A DNA stretch of 64,000 nt. Origin: Candidatus Wolfebacteria bacterium (GTDB lineage Bacteria; Patescibacteriota; Minisyncoccia; UBA6257; UBA9933). Positions 1-10,157 of the stretch are shown here, piece after piece. The position numbers and the translations under genes are program-made. Every line of letters starts with the position of its first letter. Position 1 is the first letter of the stretch. The DNA lies in NCBI GenBank assembly GCA_024654025.1, contig JANLIR010000005.1:1174-65173 (forward strand), read 5' to 3'. Below the pieces are notes generated by a model. That model saw only the letters and a list, made by a program, of their open reading frames with translations, did not search any database and was not told the DNA's origin.

Positions 1-379
1 CTTAAAAATTGCTTTTGCTTTGAAATCAAGCCGCGATAAGGCAATTAGCCAAGAGGGAGGAACTCCTTGGGGGATTCATTTTGTAAATACTTCCGGCGCT
101 CAGGGATACTATATTATTTTTAGCGGACCTGCTTATGCCGGCCAGATTTTTCCTAAAACCGAGTTAAATCCCGGAGTGCAGTTTTTAATGCCGGTTGCAA
201 GCAGTACGGTAAATATTGTTTTTTTAAATCCGTTTTTTTCTGCGACGTCTACCTATGCGACTCCATTCACAATGAATGGAGTATTAGCAGCAACAACAAG
301 TATTATAATCGCGTTAACGGACGACGAAACTTCTTCGTCCACCATAATCATTAACGCCAACGGAGACGTTCAATATTAA
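1..379 (+). CDS. Type IV minor pilin/pseudopilin-like protein, 5' truncated by window edge
   Basis: Frame open from window start; GspH/FimT-like SRDKAISQEGG-WGIHF and C-terminal INANG; first gene of pilin-like cluster. Confidence 0.6.
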   Translation, partial: LKIAFALKSSRDKAISQEGGTPWGIHFVNTSGAQGYYIIFSGPAYAGQIFPKTELNPGVQFLMPVASSTVNIVFLNPFFSATSTYATPFTMNGVLAATTSIIIALTDDETSSSTIIINANGDVQY

Positions 380-383
380 ATTT

Positions 384-1409
384 ATGAATTTTAATAAATA
401 CCACAATTTAAAAGGGCAAGCTTTAATAGAAATTCTTTTAGGAATGGTTATAGGGATTATAATAATCGGAGGTATTGCGGGAATTTTAACTATAACTTTA
501 AAAGGCGATTTTAATACAAAAAATACCCAGCTTGCCGCATCGTTTGCTCAAGATTTAGTTGATAAAACTAAGTCTGTTTCAGAATCAAATTGGAATTATA
601 TTTATGGTTTAAATAAAGGAGGTTCAAGTCCTTATTATATTTATTACAACACAAGTACTTTTGTGGCGGAAATAAAAAGCGGAATTGAAACGGTAACCTC
701 GATAGACGGCAAAAATTTTAACCGATATTTTTACGTGGAAAATGTGAACCGAAATTATTGCGGAACCGGCGATATTTCCACTTCTTCGGCAACTGGCGCT
801 TGTTTAATTTGGCCGCCTTTTTTAACTTACGTTTCCGAAGACCCCTCGACTCAAAAAATTACCACTTTTATAAAATGGGACAGCGATACGCGTTCAATAA
901 AAGAAGTACAATATTTGATGCGTAATCTAAATAATGTATTTTCTCAAACCGAGTGGCAGGGCGGCGCCGGGCAGGAAAATTTTCCTATTTCAGGAAGCTC
1001 CACCCTTGTTAACGATAAATTTAGCGCGTCCACAAACACAAATTTTTCTTCGGCTGGTTCAATTACCATGTCAACAACAACATCGCCGGCTAATTTAACG
1101 TCTAGCGTTTTTGATACTTTTATTGCTTCTGGGAGCGCCATCAATTCAATTGTTTGGAAAGGTTTGCAGCTCCCAAACACATCTGTAAGTTTTCAAATTG
1201 CTTCTTCAAATAATTCTGGCGGGCCTTGGAATTATTTAGGCCCTGACAACACAAGTGGAAGCTATTACGTTCCCAATCAAAATACTTCAATCTCCGTAAA
1301 TCCGATAAATCATATGAATCAAAGATATTTCAGATACGAAATTTTTTTACAAACGACCGTAAGTCAAAGCCCCAGAGTTGACGACGTAATTATTAACTGG
1401 TCATTATAA
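384..1409 (+). CDS. Prepilin-type (PilV-like) protein with C-terminal beta-rich extension
   Basis: KGQALIEILLGM class III signal (G|Q, E+5) followed by hydrophobic helix. Confidence 0.75.
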   Translation: MNFNKYHNLKGQALIEILLGMVIGIIIIGGIAGILTITLKGDFNTKNTQLAASFAQDLVDKTKSVSESNWNYIYGLNKGGSSPYYIYYNTSTFVAEIKSGIETVTSIDGKNFNRYFYVENVNRNYCGTGDISTSSATGACLIWPPFLTYVSEDPSTQKITTFIKWDSDTRSIKEVQYLMRNLNNVFSQTEWQGGAGQENFPISGSSTLVNDKFSASTNTNFSSAGSITMSTTTSPANLTSSVFDTFIASGSAINSIVWKGLQLPNTSVSFQIASSNNSGGPWNYLGPDNTSGSYYVPNQNTSISVNPINHMNQRYFRYEIFLQTTVSQSPRVDDVIINWSL

Positions 1410-1410
1410 A

Positions 1411-1881
1411 ATGAAAACCTTTACGAAAAATAGCCAGAAAGGAATGACATTCCTGCCTATGATTATTTTAATCAGCGCGATTATTTTGGAAATCGGAGCC
1501 ACGGTTGTGTTACTTGCTAACTTTTCAACGGAAAACGGTTATGGTTTTAAGAATTCCCAAGAGGCGTTTGCATTGGGGCGTTCCGGTATTTTTGACGCGA
1601 TTCTCCAGCTTGAAAGAAATAAAAACTACACCACCAACGGCATCGTATATTCTTTAAATATCGACATCGGAAAGTCATTCGAGGTTGTAGTTTGTAATAA
1701 TTCAAAAATTAATATTGCTAGTTCAACCTGCGATTTTGCGGCGCCTGGATACCAAAATAAAGCGGATATCATTTCTACCGGAAAAGTTGTTAATAAGAAC
1801 AGGCGATTGGAGGCAATTATTAATATAAATAGCGCCACCACCGAAATAAAAATCGAATCTTTAAAAGAAATCTCGATTTAA
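1411..1881 (+). CDS. PilX-like minor pilin
   Basis: QKG|MTFL hydrophobic N-terminus lacking E5; ALGRSGIFDA resembles the PilX AEAG motif. Confidence 0.6.
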   Translation: MKTFTKNSQKGMTFLPMIILISAIILEIGATVVLLANFSTENGYGFKNSQEAFALGRSGIFDAILQLERNKNYTTNGIVYSLNIDIGKSFEVVVCNNSKINIASSTCDFAAPGYQNKADIISTGKVVNKNRRLEAIININSATTEIKIESLKEISI

Positions 1882-1985
1882 TAAAAATTAGAGATTTAGC
1901 TAGTCTTTGTAACTATGTCTTTCGCGGCAGTTGAAACCGGGGAAAACTGATGAATTCCTCCGCTTAATATGATAGAATTTATTTA

Positions 1986-2732
1986 ATGCATGAATTTAAA
2001 ATAAAAACAAAAGCTTTTTCAATATTGGAAGTGGTCATTTACATAACTATTTTTACGGCAGTTATCGGTTTAGTAATCGGAATATTTATAAGCACCGTCA
2101 AAATAGGAAACAGAGAAACCGCTTCGGCCGAAGTTACTAGCCAATTGAATTTTGTTTTGCAATATGTAGAGAGGTTAGCCAAGCAGTCTTCTAATTTTGA
2201 TATTGTATCTGGCACAACAACGTCGACTTTAAAACTAAGAATGCCAGCACCGTCTAGTAGTCCTACTTGTGTATTTCTTTCCGGCGGAGTTATTAAAATT
2301 GCCGGACCAGACGCATCAAATCGAAATTGTGATTTTGTGAACGCAACAAACCTAACTAACGGTAAAGTTACTGTTGATAGGTTAAATTTTACAAAAATAA
2401 CGTTTTATCCCGGCCACGACAATGTTTTAATTGACGTGCAATTAACATATAACAGCTCTGACCCTCAAAGCAGAGTAGTTAGAAGCTTGCAGTCGGCGAT
2501 TTCTCGAGTTTCAGCCGCCACTTTTGACGATAATTTACTCCCGGGAAGCGACAATACATTTGATTTTGGACTTACCGGCACGCGATGGAGAAACGGTTTA
2601 TTCTCTGGAAATTTACGGGCTGGTTCTGATTCTTCTCACGGTTTGATTTTGACTTCTCCTAACGGCACCTGTTATCGCCTTACGGTTAGCGATGCCGGGA
2701 CCTTATCTACGATTTCTATAACCTGTCCTTAA
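1986..2732 (+). CDS. Prepilin-type (PilW-like) protein with fibre-like C-terminal motif
   Basis: KAF-SILEVVIY class III-like signal followed by hydrophobic helix. Confidence 0.7.
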   Translation: MHEFKIKTKAFSILEVVIYITIFTAVIGLVIGIFISTVKIGNRETASAEVTSQLNFVLQYVERLAKQSSNFDIVSGTTTSTLKLRMPAPSSSPTCVFLSGGVIKIAGPDASNRNCDFVNATNLTNGKVTVDRLNFTKITFYPGHDNVLIDVQLTYNSSDPQSRVVRSLQSAISRVSAATFDDNLLPGSDNTFDFGLTGTRWRNGLFSGNLRAGSDSSHGLILTSPNGTCYRLTVSDAGTLSTISITCP

Positions 2733-2845
2733 TAAAAAATAAAAACGGATATGGTTCGATCTATTTAATGTGGGGCGACGATAGTTATAATATCCACTTA
2801 TCTTTATTGACTTTTTATTCAAGATGCTTTAATTTATTACTTATT

Positions 2846-3187
2846 ATGAAATTTGCCGTAATCGAAACCGGGGGGAAACAATATAAAGTTTCTGCCGGAC
2901 AAAAAATAAAAGTTGAAAAAATAAAAACCTCCTCCAAAGGCGAGGCTCGTCAAGTACGACAAGAGGGTGAAATTTTTGTTTTTGACAAGGTTCTTTTGGT
3001 TTCAGAAGGGGATAAAACCGAGGTTGGAGCGCCTCATATTGATGGCGCTAAAGTGGAGGCAAAAATTTTAAAAAACAGCCGCGACAAAAAGAAAATTGTT
3101 TTCAAGTACCATTCCAAAACCCGTTATCGCAAGAAAAAAGGCCACCGCCAACACTTCACGGAAGTTGAGATAACCAAGATAACTTAA
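2846..3187 (+). CDS. rplU: 50S ribosomal protein L21 with about 12-aa palindrome-derived insertion
   Basis: MKFAVIETGGKQYKV and GHRQHFT; true start is ATG at 2846. Confidence 0.97.
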   Translation: MKFAVIETGGKQYKVSAGQKIKVEKIKTSSKGEARQVRQEGEIFVFDKVLLVSEGDKTEVGAPHIDGAKVEAKILKNSRDKKKIVFKYHSKTRYRKKKGHRQHFTEVEITKIT

Positions 3188-3190
3188 ATT

Positions 3191-3787
3191 CTAAATCCTT
3201 CGCTCTAGCGCTTGTCCGAGCGTGTCTTCATCGGCAAATTCGATTTCTCCGCCGGTCGGTATGCCTCTGCCGAGCCGGGTTATTTTTTTTGACAAACCTT
3301 GCAGTTCTTTGGAAATAAGCAGCGCATTCAAATCTCCATAGGTAGTCGGATTAATGCCGATAATTATTTCATCAATTTGCCCACCTCGATTTTTAATTAA
3401 ATTTTTTAAACTATTAAGCCGTAATTTCTGGGAGCTTTCCAAAACCCCGCTTTTAGTAAGCTCTCCCAAAATCAAATACTTGCCCGGATATTTTTTGGTT
3501 CGTTCAATCGAAATTAAATCCGTTTCTTTTTCGATAATCATCACAACGGTGTTTTTCCTGTTTTTATCTCGGCAAATATTACACAAATTATCGGAATTAG
3601 AGTGGATAAAAAAACACTCGGAACAAATTTTAATATTTTTCAAGTTGCCAACCGCTTTTGACGTTTCTTCAATGTTTGCTTTACCGCTATTTACCAAATG
3701 AAAAGCCAGTCTTGTGGCTTGCCGCGGACCGATTGAGGGCAACTTGGAAAACGTGTCAATAAAAAGTTTGATAGATTCGGGGTACAT
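3191..3787 (-). CDS. recR: Recombination mediator RecR
   Basis: LPSIGPRQATRL HhH, C4 zinc finger, TRLGRGIPTGGEIEFAD. Confidence 0.97.
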   Translation of the reverse strand: MYPESIKLFIDTFSKLPSIGPRQATRLAFHLVNSGKANIEETSKAVGNLKNIKICSECFFIHSNSDNLCNICRDKNRKNTVVMIIEKETDLISIERTKKYPGKYLILGELTKSGVLESSQKLRLNSLKNLIKNRGGQIDEIIIGINPTTYGDLNALLISKELQGLSKKITRLGRGIPTGGEIEFADEDTLGQALERRI

Positions 3788-3790
3788 AAA

Positions 3791-5125
3791 TTAAGAATGA
3801 ATAGACGTTATTTCTTTAAAGCTGGCTTTTTCCGGATCGAATTTAAGCGGAACCGTTCCTAGAGGCCCGTTTCTGTGTTTGGATATTATGATTTCGGCGG
3901 TATTTATTTCTTCAGGCGAAGGATTTAATTTATCGCGATCTTTCCGGTAAATAAACATAACCACATCCGCATCCTGCTCCCAAGAACCCGTTTCACGAAG
4001 ATCCGATAAGCGGGGGATTTTAATTTCCCTTTGGTCCACAGCCCTGTTTAATTGCGATACCGCTAAAACCGGAACGTTTAATTCTTTGGCAAGGGCTTTT
4101 AGTCCATGGCTTATTTCGGTAAATTGTTGGACGATGTTTTCAGAATTGGAACTAGACGTTATTAATTGAACATAATCAATAACAATAAGTCCTAAGCCGT
4201 GTTCCATTTGCATTCTCCGGCCCATTGACCTTAGCTGTAAAAGCGTTGGCGATGGCGTATCGTCTATGATAATCGGCATTGTTGAAAGCCGGTCAAGCGC
4301 TTCGCGGATCATTTCGAATTCAATTTCATCGGTTAACCGCCCGGTTCTTAACCGCCATAAATCAACCTGCGCTTCTGCCGCGATAAGCCTATCAATAATT
4401 TGGTCTTTGGACATTTCTAAAGAAAAAATTGCCACAGGCACGCCGGCTTTTGAAGCGTTTCGGACAAAATCAAGAACAAGCGAGGTTTTTCCCAAGGATG
4501 GCCTTGCTCCTAAAATAATCAAATCGGATTTTTGAAATCCCGAAAGATATTTATCAAGTTCGACAAATCCGCTTGTCACTCCGCGCAACCCCCTTTCTCC
4601 CCGGTTCATTTTTTCGATTCGCTCGTACGCCTCGCTCAAATGTTCTTTGACAAGAGAATAAGTTGGTAAAAGTGATTTTTGGCTGATTGAAAATATTTTT
4701 TGCTCTATTTTGTCCAAAACATTTTCGACATCTTCCTGATTATTGAAGGCTTGTTCGGTAATTTCTCCCGAAACTTGTATTAAGTCGCGCAGTATTTTTT
4801 TCTGATGAACAATTTTTCCATAATGGAAAACATGGGCGCTTGAAGGCACCATATTTATCAAATCGGTAAGATAAGTTGATCCGCCGGCATCAGTAAGCAA
4901 GTTTTTATCTTTCAGTTTATTGGTGACTGTTAAAATATCAATCGGTTCCGATTTTTTGAAAAGCTCTATTATAGCGGCGTAAATCTTTGCGTTAGCCGGC
5001 TGATAAAAATCTTCGGCGGCGATTGAATCCGCCACTTTGATAATGGCGTTTCCGTCTATCATCAGCGCGCCTAATAATGATTTTTCTGCCTCCAAATCTT
5101 GTGGAGGAATTTTTATTATGCTCAT
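3791..5125 (-). CDS. dnaB: Replicative DNA helicase
   Basis: PPQDLEAE, GARPSLGKT, IDYVQL, SQLNR, LSDLRETG, KHRNGP. Confidence 0.98.
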   Translation of the reverse strand: MSIIKIPPQDLEAEKSLLGALMIDGNAIIKVADSIAAEDFYQPANAKIYAAIIELFKKSEPIDILTVTNKLKDKNLLTDAGGSTYLTDLINMVPSSAHVFHYGKIVHQKKILRDLIQVSGEITEQAFNNQEDVENVLDKIEQKIFSISQKSLLPTYSLVKEHLSEAYERIEKMNRGERGLRGVTSGFVELDKYLSGFQKSDLIILGARPSLGKTSLVLDFVRNASKAGVPVAIFSLEMSKDQIIDRLIAAEAQVDLWRLRTGRLTDEIEFEMIREALDRLSTMPIIIDDTPSPTLLQLRSMGRRMQMEHGLGLIVIDYVQLITSSSNSENIVQQFTEISHGLKALAKELNVPVLAVSQLNRAVDQREIKIPRLSDLRETGSWEQDADVVMFIYRKDRDKLNPSPEEINTAEIIISKHRNGPLGTVPLKFDPEKASFKEITSIHS

Positions 5126-5141
5126 TTTGTAAATTTTAACT

Positions 5142-6518
5142 TCAACGCTTGGTTACGAACGGTCCCAGCGGCGTATCCTTTATTAAGTATCCTAAACGTT
5201 CTATTTTAATTCTCAAGCGGTCGGCGGGGACAAACTGTTTATTTTGCCTCGATAACTGCCTTTCCTGGGCTAATTTCGCTATTTTTAGGGGTATTTCTGT
5301 AGAAGCGTAGTTTATTTCAAATAGTTTTAAAAGCTTGTTTATAGACGTTTTTATCGCTATCGCTTCTTTTTTTGAAAGCTTCCATAATTTGGGGTTTATT
5401 TGGTTTATGAGATTAAAAATTTCTGATAGCGCCTTAGGAGTGTTGAAATCGTCGTCCAGCGCTTTTTTAAAATCATTTTCGAATTTTTCTAATATTTTTT
5501 TTATGTTTGTTCCGCCCTTTTTATTTACGGCGTTTAACTCCACAAATTTTAAAGTTGTTATAAAATCTTCAATATTTTTTAGAGATTTTTTTGCCGACGC
5601 TAAAACTTCATCGTTGTAATTAATAGGGGAACGGTAATGATGGGAAAGCGCAATCATTCTTAAATCGCTGCTGGAATTTTTTTTCAGGAATTCGCGGATA
5701 GTTATAAAATTATTCAAGCTTTTGGACATCTTGTCGCCGTTGATAAGCAAAAAGCCGGTATGCATCCAAATTTTCACGAACGGTTTTTTCCCTGAAGCCG
5801 ATTCTTGTTGGGCTATTTCCGATTCATGATGGGGGAATTTTAAATCGTTTGCTCCGCCATGAATATCGTATTGGGGACCGAAAAATTTTTCGGTTATTGC
5901 CGTATCTTCTATGTGCCAGCCTGGCCTGCCCCAACCCCAAGGCGAATCCCAGCCAATGTTTTCTTTGGTTTCTTTCCAAAGCGCAAAATCAAGCGGATCT
6001 TTTTTTTGCGGGTCTTGTTCAATTCTGTATCCATGCCTTAGTTCGCTTAAATTTTGTTTTGAGAGATTGCCGTAATTAGTGAATTTTTTAACCTGGAAAT
6101 AAACTCCGTTTTTTGTTTCGTAAGCGAAGTTTTTTTTCAAAAGAACGGCGATTTGTTTTTGAATTTCTTTGATATATTTGCTGGCAGGAGCGTATTTATC
6201 AACCGAATTTATATTCAGCGCTTTTATGTCTGTGTAATATTCCTTTTCAAATTGTTTCGCCAGTTTTTCGGGTCTGATATTTTTGTCTTTTGCCCTGTTT
6301 ATGATTTTATCGTCAATATCGGTTATATTTTGCAAATAAAAAACCTTATTTTTTAAAAAACGAAGGTATTTAACAAAACTATCAAATATTATGTAGGTCC
6401 GGGCGTGTCCTATGTGCGAATAATCGTAAACCGTTGGCCCGCAAACAAAAAGCTTAAGGCCGTTTTTTGGTTTTTTTACCGCTATTTTTTTGCCGCTAAG
6501 AGTGTCTAAAATGCGCAT
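5142..6518 (-). CDS. cysS: Cysteine--tRNA ligase
   Basis: CGPTVY, HIGH, GRPGWHIE, KMSKS. Confidence 0.98.
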   Translation of the reverse strand: MRILDTLSGKKIAVKKPKNGLKLFVCGPTVYDYSHIGHARTYIIFDSFVKYLRFLKNKVFYLQNITDIDDKIINRAKDKNIRPEKLAKQFEKEYYTDIKALNINSVDKYAPASKYIKEIQKQIAVLLKKNFAYETKNGVYFQVKKFTNYGNLSKQNLSELRHGYRIEQDPQKKDPLDFALWKETKENIGWDSPWGWGRPGWHIEDTAITEKFFGPQYDIHGGANDLKFPHHESEIAQQESASGKKPFVKIWMHTGFLLINGDKMSKSLNNFITIREFLKKNSSSDLRMIALSHHYRSPINYNDEVLASAKKSLKNIEDFITTLKFVELNAVNKKGGTNIKKILEKFENDFKKALDDDFNTPKALSEIFNLINQINPKLWKLSKKEAIAIKTSINKLLKLFEINYASTEIPLKIAKLAQERQLSRQNKQFVPADRLRIKIERLGYLIKDTPLGPFVTKR

Positions 6519-6611
6519 GAATAATTATTGAAGGATTATTTAGAGTTTATTTTAAAATTAGCCCTTTCGCAAGCTGGCGCTTTCGCGATTAAATGGTAAA
6601 ATATTTATATT

Positions 6612-7736
6612 ATGGATCAAGATTTGTATCCAATTTTTGTGATTGTGATGGCTTTGCTGTTAGCCGTAGTGTTTGCCGGGCATTATCTTATTTACTATTC
6701 AACAGTTAAATTTTTTTCAGTTGCAACCGCGCAAACAAAAGCGATTTTGGGGCTAGTCCTTTTAGGACTGGCGCTTAGTTTTTTTGTAACGTCAATCCTG
6801 GCCCGTCTAAGCGAAAATTTTGTAACCAGAACGCTTTATTTTTTATCAACTTTATGGCTTGGCGTGGCAACAACACTACTCGCTGTTTTTATCGCCAGTT
6901 GGGTTGTAATTTGGATTTCCAAATACTTTAGCTGGCAGATTAATTTAATTGCTTTAGGCGTTGTGGCTTTAATATTTTCATTCGCGTATTCGGCGTATGG
7001 AATTTGGAACGCGTATAATCCGGTCATAAAAGAAATTACCGTAAACATAAAAAATCTTCCGCCCCAATGGAAAGACAAAAAAGCCGCCCAACTTTCCGAT
7101 GTTCATTTAGGCCACGTTCTAAGAGCCGGGTTTATGCAAAAAGTAGTTGACGAAACTAATGCTCAAAAACCGGACATCATTTTTATTACCGGTGATTTGT
7201 TTGACGGAATGGACGGCGATTTAGCGCAACTCGCAAAGCCTTTAAGTAATATTAAAGCGCCGCTCGGAACTTATTACGTAACCGGGAATCACGAAACTTA
7301 TTTAGGAGTTGAAAATGCTTACTCTGCTTTAAAAACTACTCCTGTCAAAACTTTAAAAGACCAGCTAGTTAATATTGACGGCATGCAAATAATCGGAATT
7401 TCTTATCCTGAACGGGGATTTTCAAAAGACATAGGCCAGGTTATTAAAAATTTAGCATATTTTAATCCGCAAAATCCGTCTATTCTTTTGTGGCACGACC
7501 CCACAAAGATTGACCAGGTAAAACAAGCCGGCGTTAGTCTGCAATTATCCGGGCATACTCATCACGGCCAAATTTTCCCAATTAATCTTGTTTCGCGTTT
7601 AGTATACGGAAAATATTATACCGGCCTTCATCAAGAAGAGAACTACTCGATTTATACTTCAAACGGCGTCGGCGTTTGGGGTCCCACTATGCGCACCGGC
7701 AGTCGTCCGGAAATTGTTATTATAAAATTTAAATAA
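6612..7736 (+). CDS. Membrane-anchored metallophosphoesterase (YkuE/YaeI-like)
   Basis: N-terminal TM helices; DVH, GDLFD, GNHE, GHTH motifs. Confidence 0.9.
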   Translation: MDQDLYPIFVIVMALLLAVVFAGHYLIYYSTVKFFSVATAQTKAILGLVLLGLALSFFVTSILARLSENFVTRTLYFLSTLWLGVATTLLAVFIASWVVIWISKYFSWQINLIALGVVALIFSFAYSAYGIWNAYNPVIKEITVNIKNLPPQWKDKKAAQLSDVHLGHVLRAGFMQKVVDETNAQKPDIIFITGDLFDGMDGDLAQLAKPLSNIKAPLGTYYVTGNHETYLGVENAYSALKTTPVKTLKDQLVNIDGMQIIGISYPERGFSKDIGQVIKNLAYFNPQNPSILLWHDPTKIDQVKQAGVSLQLSGHTHHGQIFPINLVSRLVYGKYYTGLHQEENYSIYTSNGVGVWGPTMRTGSRPEIVIIKFK

Positions 7737-7737
7737 A

Positions 7738-8160
7738 ATGTGGATTGTCTATGCGTTTTTCTCGGCAATTACCGCGGCGCTCGTGACGATATTGGCTAAA
7801 GCGGGACTAAAAAATATTGATGTTATTTTAGCGACCACAATCCGCGCGATTATTATGGTTGCGGTTTTGTTGCTTATAACCGCGACTTTGGGAAAATTTA
7901 ACGGTTTTTCCTTTAAATTTTTAGCCGGAAGAGATTGGTGGTTGATAATTGCCGCCGGAATTTTCGGCGCGCTCTCGTGGCTGTTTTATTTTATGGCGTT
8001 AAAATACGGATTGGCTTCGCATGTGGCGGCAATTGATAAATTAAGCTTGGTTTTTATAATTATTTTTAGCCTTCTATTTTTGAAAGAATCATTTCATTGG
8101 CTGGTAATTTTAGGAGGTCTTTTAATGGCTATCGGCGCGATTTTAATAAGCATAAAATAA
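7738..8160 (+). CDS. EamA/DMT family membrane protein
   Basis: Hydrophobic; ILAKAGL and VAAIDKLS motifs. Confidence 0.88.
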   Translation: MWIVYAFFSAITAALVTILAKAGLKNIDVILATTIRAIIMVAVLLLITATLGKFNGFSFKFLAGRDWWLIIAAGIFGALSWLFYFMALKYGLASHVAAIDKLSLVFIIIFSLLFLKESFHWLVILGGLLMAIGAILISIK

Positions 8161-8168
8161 ATTATTTT

Positions 8169-9722
8169 TTATTTTATAATCGTTGTATAAGACCCTTCTG
8201 GTATCTGATTAATTTGAGAAGGTAATTTGTAATAAATATTTTTTTTAACTTGTTTTTCCGGAGTGAAAGTGTCGGTTATAAACATAACAGTTTGGCTGGG
8301 CATGGGAATACCTCTGACTTCAGCGCCGGATGCTTGAATTATAACGAATTTCGGCCTCTCCGGCGGTAAATTATTTAATTCCCGCCCAATCGCGACATAA
8401 TCAGCCGCGAAAGCGCCCTGAACATTGTGATTTTTGCCCCAGACAATGAAATAATCATAATAAGCGTTAAAAGGAAGAAATATTAAGAATACTACGCTGG
8501 CGGTAAATAAAAATTTTCTAAAAATTCCGTGCTCAAATTCGCCGAAATAATTTTTTAAAAATTCATAAAGCCACACCCCACCGAATCCGGCTAAAATAAA
8601 AACCGGCGGAATCATTATAATTGATCGAAGCGCGTGAGGAATGCCTTCGTTTGAAATTACTACCGGAAGAGAAACAATAGCCAGCGCTGAAAATAAAATC
8701 CAAGAAGAGAATCTGATTGTTTTATCGCGGTCATTTAGCGGCTTTTTAAAAATACCGATAAGACTGAATAAAACGCCAATTAAAAATATTGTTCCCACTG
8801 GCCAAAATAATTGGGGGCTGCCGGAAATATTATGCCGCCAGTTATAATCGCCGACAACGCCAAACATTCCTAAAGTTTTTAGCGTATTAAGCGCCAAGTT
8901 TTTTAACGGCGCTTCAGAGCTAAAAACAGAAACTTGTGAAGTTCTGCCCATAAAATCCGCCGGGTTTTTCAAAAAATGATATCCCAAAGGCGCGAAAGCC
9001 AAAAGAGAAAAAATTGCAAAAACAATAAAAATTTTTACAGTGGCCTTTCTTGATTCTTTATGGGCAAAAAACCACATTCCGAAAACAATTAGAATCAAAA
9101 GCGGCGTGGCTCGATAAGCGATATAGCTGTGCATTCCTAATCCGTAAACAAGGCCTGAAATAATTCCGTACAAAAGCCATTTTTGATTCCGCAGTCCTTT
9201 TAAAAGAAAATACAAAGCCCAGGTTAGGAAAAACGGCGCCATTATCGCTCTAAATCCGATACGCGAAAAATTTATATGCCAAAAACTCGTGGCAATCAGA
9301 AAGGCGCTGAGTAATGCGATTTTTTGGTTCAGCGGAATTATTTTATTTTCTGTTTGTCGTTCGTCGTGCGTAGTTCGTAGTTTTACAAAGAGCTCTTTTG
9401 CCAAAAAATAAACGCCCAAAACCGTAAGTATGCCGAATATAACGCTTACTATTCGAAGCGCCCAAGGTTCATTGCCAAAAGTTTCAATTGAAAGACCCTG
9501 TATGTTTATAAATAATCCCTCGCGTCCATTATTTTCCGGGTAAAAAACTTTCCAATTACCGGTTGAAATTGCTTCCAGCGCGTTGTTGCCGTTCATTGCT
9601 TCGTCCGGATAAAGTCCCGGCGGCAAACTTTTTATGTTGTAAGCCCTGAGAAAACCGGCTATAATTAGTATAACTAGCAATAAAATAAAAGAAAAAGATT
9701 TTTTTCTTCCTTTATTATCCAT
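8169..9722 (-). CDS. ArnT/PMT-family (GT-C) glycosyltransferase
   Basis: PPGLYPDE, multi-TM, WHINFSR; start placed at MDNK. Confidence 0.85.
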   Translation of the reverse strand: MDNKGRKKSFSFILLLVILIIAGFLRAYNIKSLPPGLYPDEAMNGNNALEAISTGNWKVFYPENNGREGLFINIQGLSIETFGNEPWALRIVSVIFGILTVLGVYFLAKELFVKLRTTHDERQTENKIIPLNQKIALLSAFLIATSFWHINFSRIGFRAIMAPFFLTWALYFLLKGLRNQKWLLYGIISGLVYGLGMHSYIAYRATPLLILIVFGMWFFAHKESRKATVKIFIVFAIFSLLAFAPLGYHFLKNPADFMGRTSQVSVFSSEAPLKNLALNTLKTLGMFGVVGDYNWRHNISGSPQLFWPVGTIFLIGVLFSLIGIFKKPLNDRDKTIRFSSWILFSALAIVSLPVVISNEGIPHALRSIIMIPPVFILAGFGGVWLYEFLKNYFGEFEHGIFRKFLFTASVVFLIFLPFNAYYDYFIVWGKNHNVQGAFAADYVAIGRELNNLPPERPKFVIIQASGAEVRGIPMPSQTVMFITDTFTPEKQVKKNIYYKLPSQINQIPEGSYTTIIK

Positions 9723-9746
9723 ATAATTTTGATGTAATTTTATATT

Positions 9747-10145
9747 ATGAACGACCAAATTAATCATAACATATTAGAGCAGGACATTGAACGTTTAAGC
9801 CGGCAAATCAAAGAAAATAAAAATAACCCGGAGTTTAAAGAAATTTCAGAGAGAGAACTTATAAAACGTTCGCTCGGACCGATTGTTAGAAAACAAATTT
9901 TGGGACAACCGATAGATTTTTCTCCGGCTAAGCCGTTTCAAACGACTGTTTTGCCCAACTATCTCATAGACGCGCCAGATGAAATAAAAATCAAAGTTGA
10001 AAAACTTATTGATATGACTTTTCACCAAGGCATTGAAAAAACAGTTGATGAAGCCCAGAAATTCGGCCCGTTTGTTTTAGACGCATACCATGACGCGTTG
10101 ACCGATAAGCTTCACGCCGAATTAAAAGAACGCAATTTGATTTAA
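9747..10145 (+). CDS. Hypothetical protein
   Basis: 132-aa ORF directly upstream of the ATPase; PFVLDAYHDAL motif. Confidence 0.7.
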   Translation: MNDQINHNILEQDIERLSRQIKENKNNPEFKEISERELIKRSLGPIVRKQILGQPIDFSPAKPFQTTVLPNYLIDAPDEIKIKVEKLIDMTFHQGIEKTVDEAQKFGPFVLDAYHDALTDKLHAELKERNLI

Positions 10146-10157
10146 GGTTGATTTAAA

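Noticed and set aside
2768-2845. N-terminal extension of L21 in the ORF track
   Set aside because: Homology starts at MKFAVI (2846); the upstream part overlaps a promoter-like region
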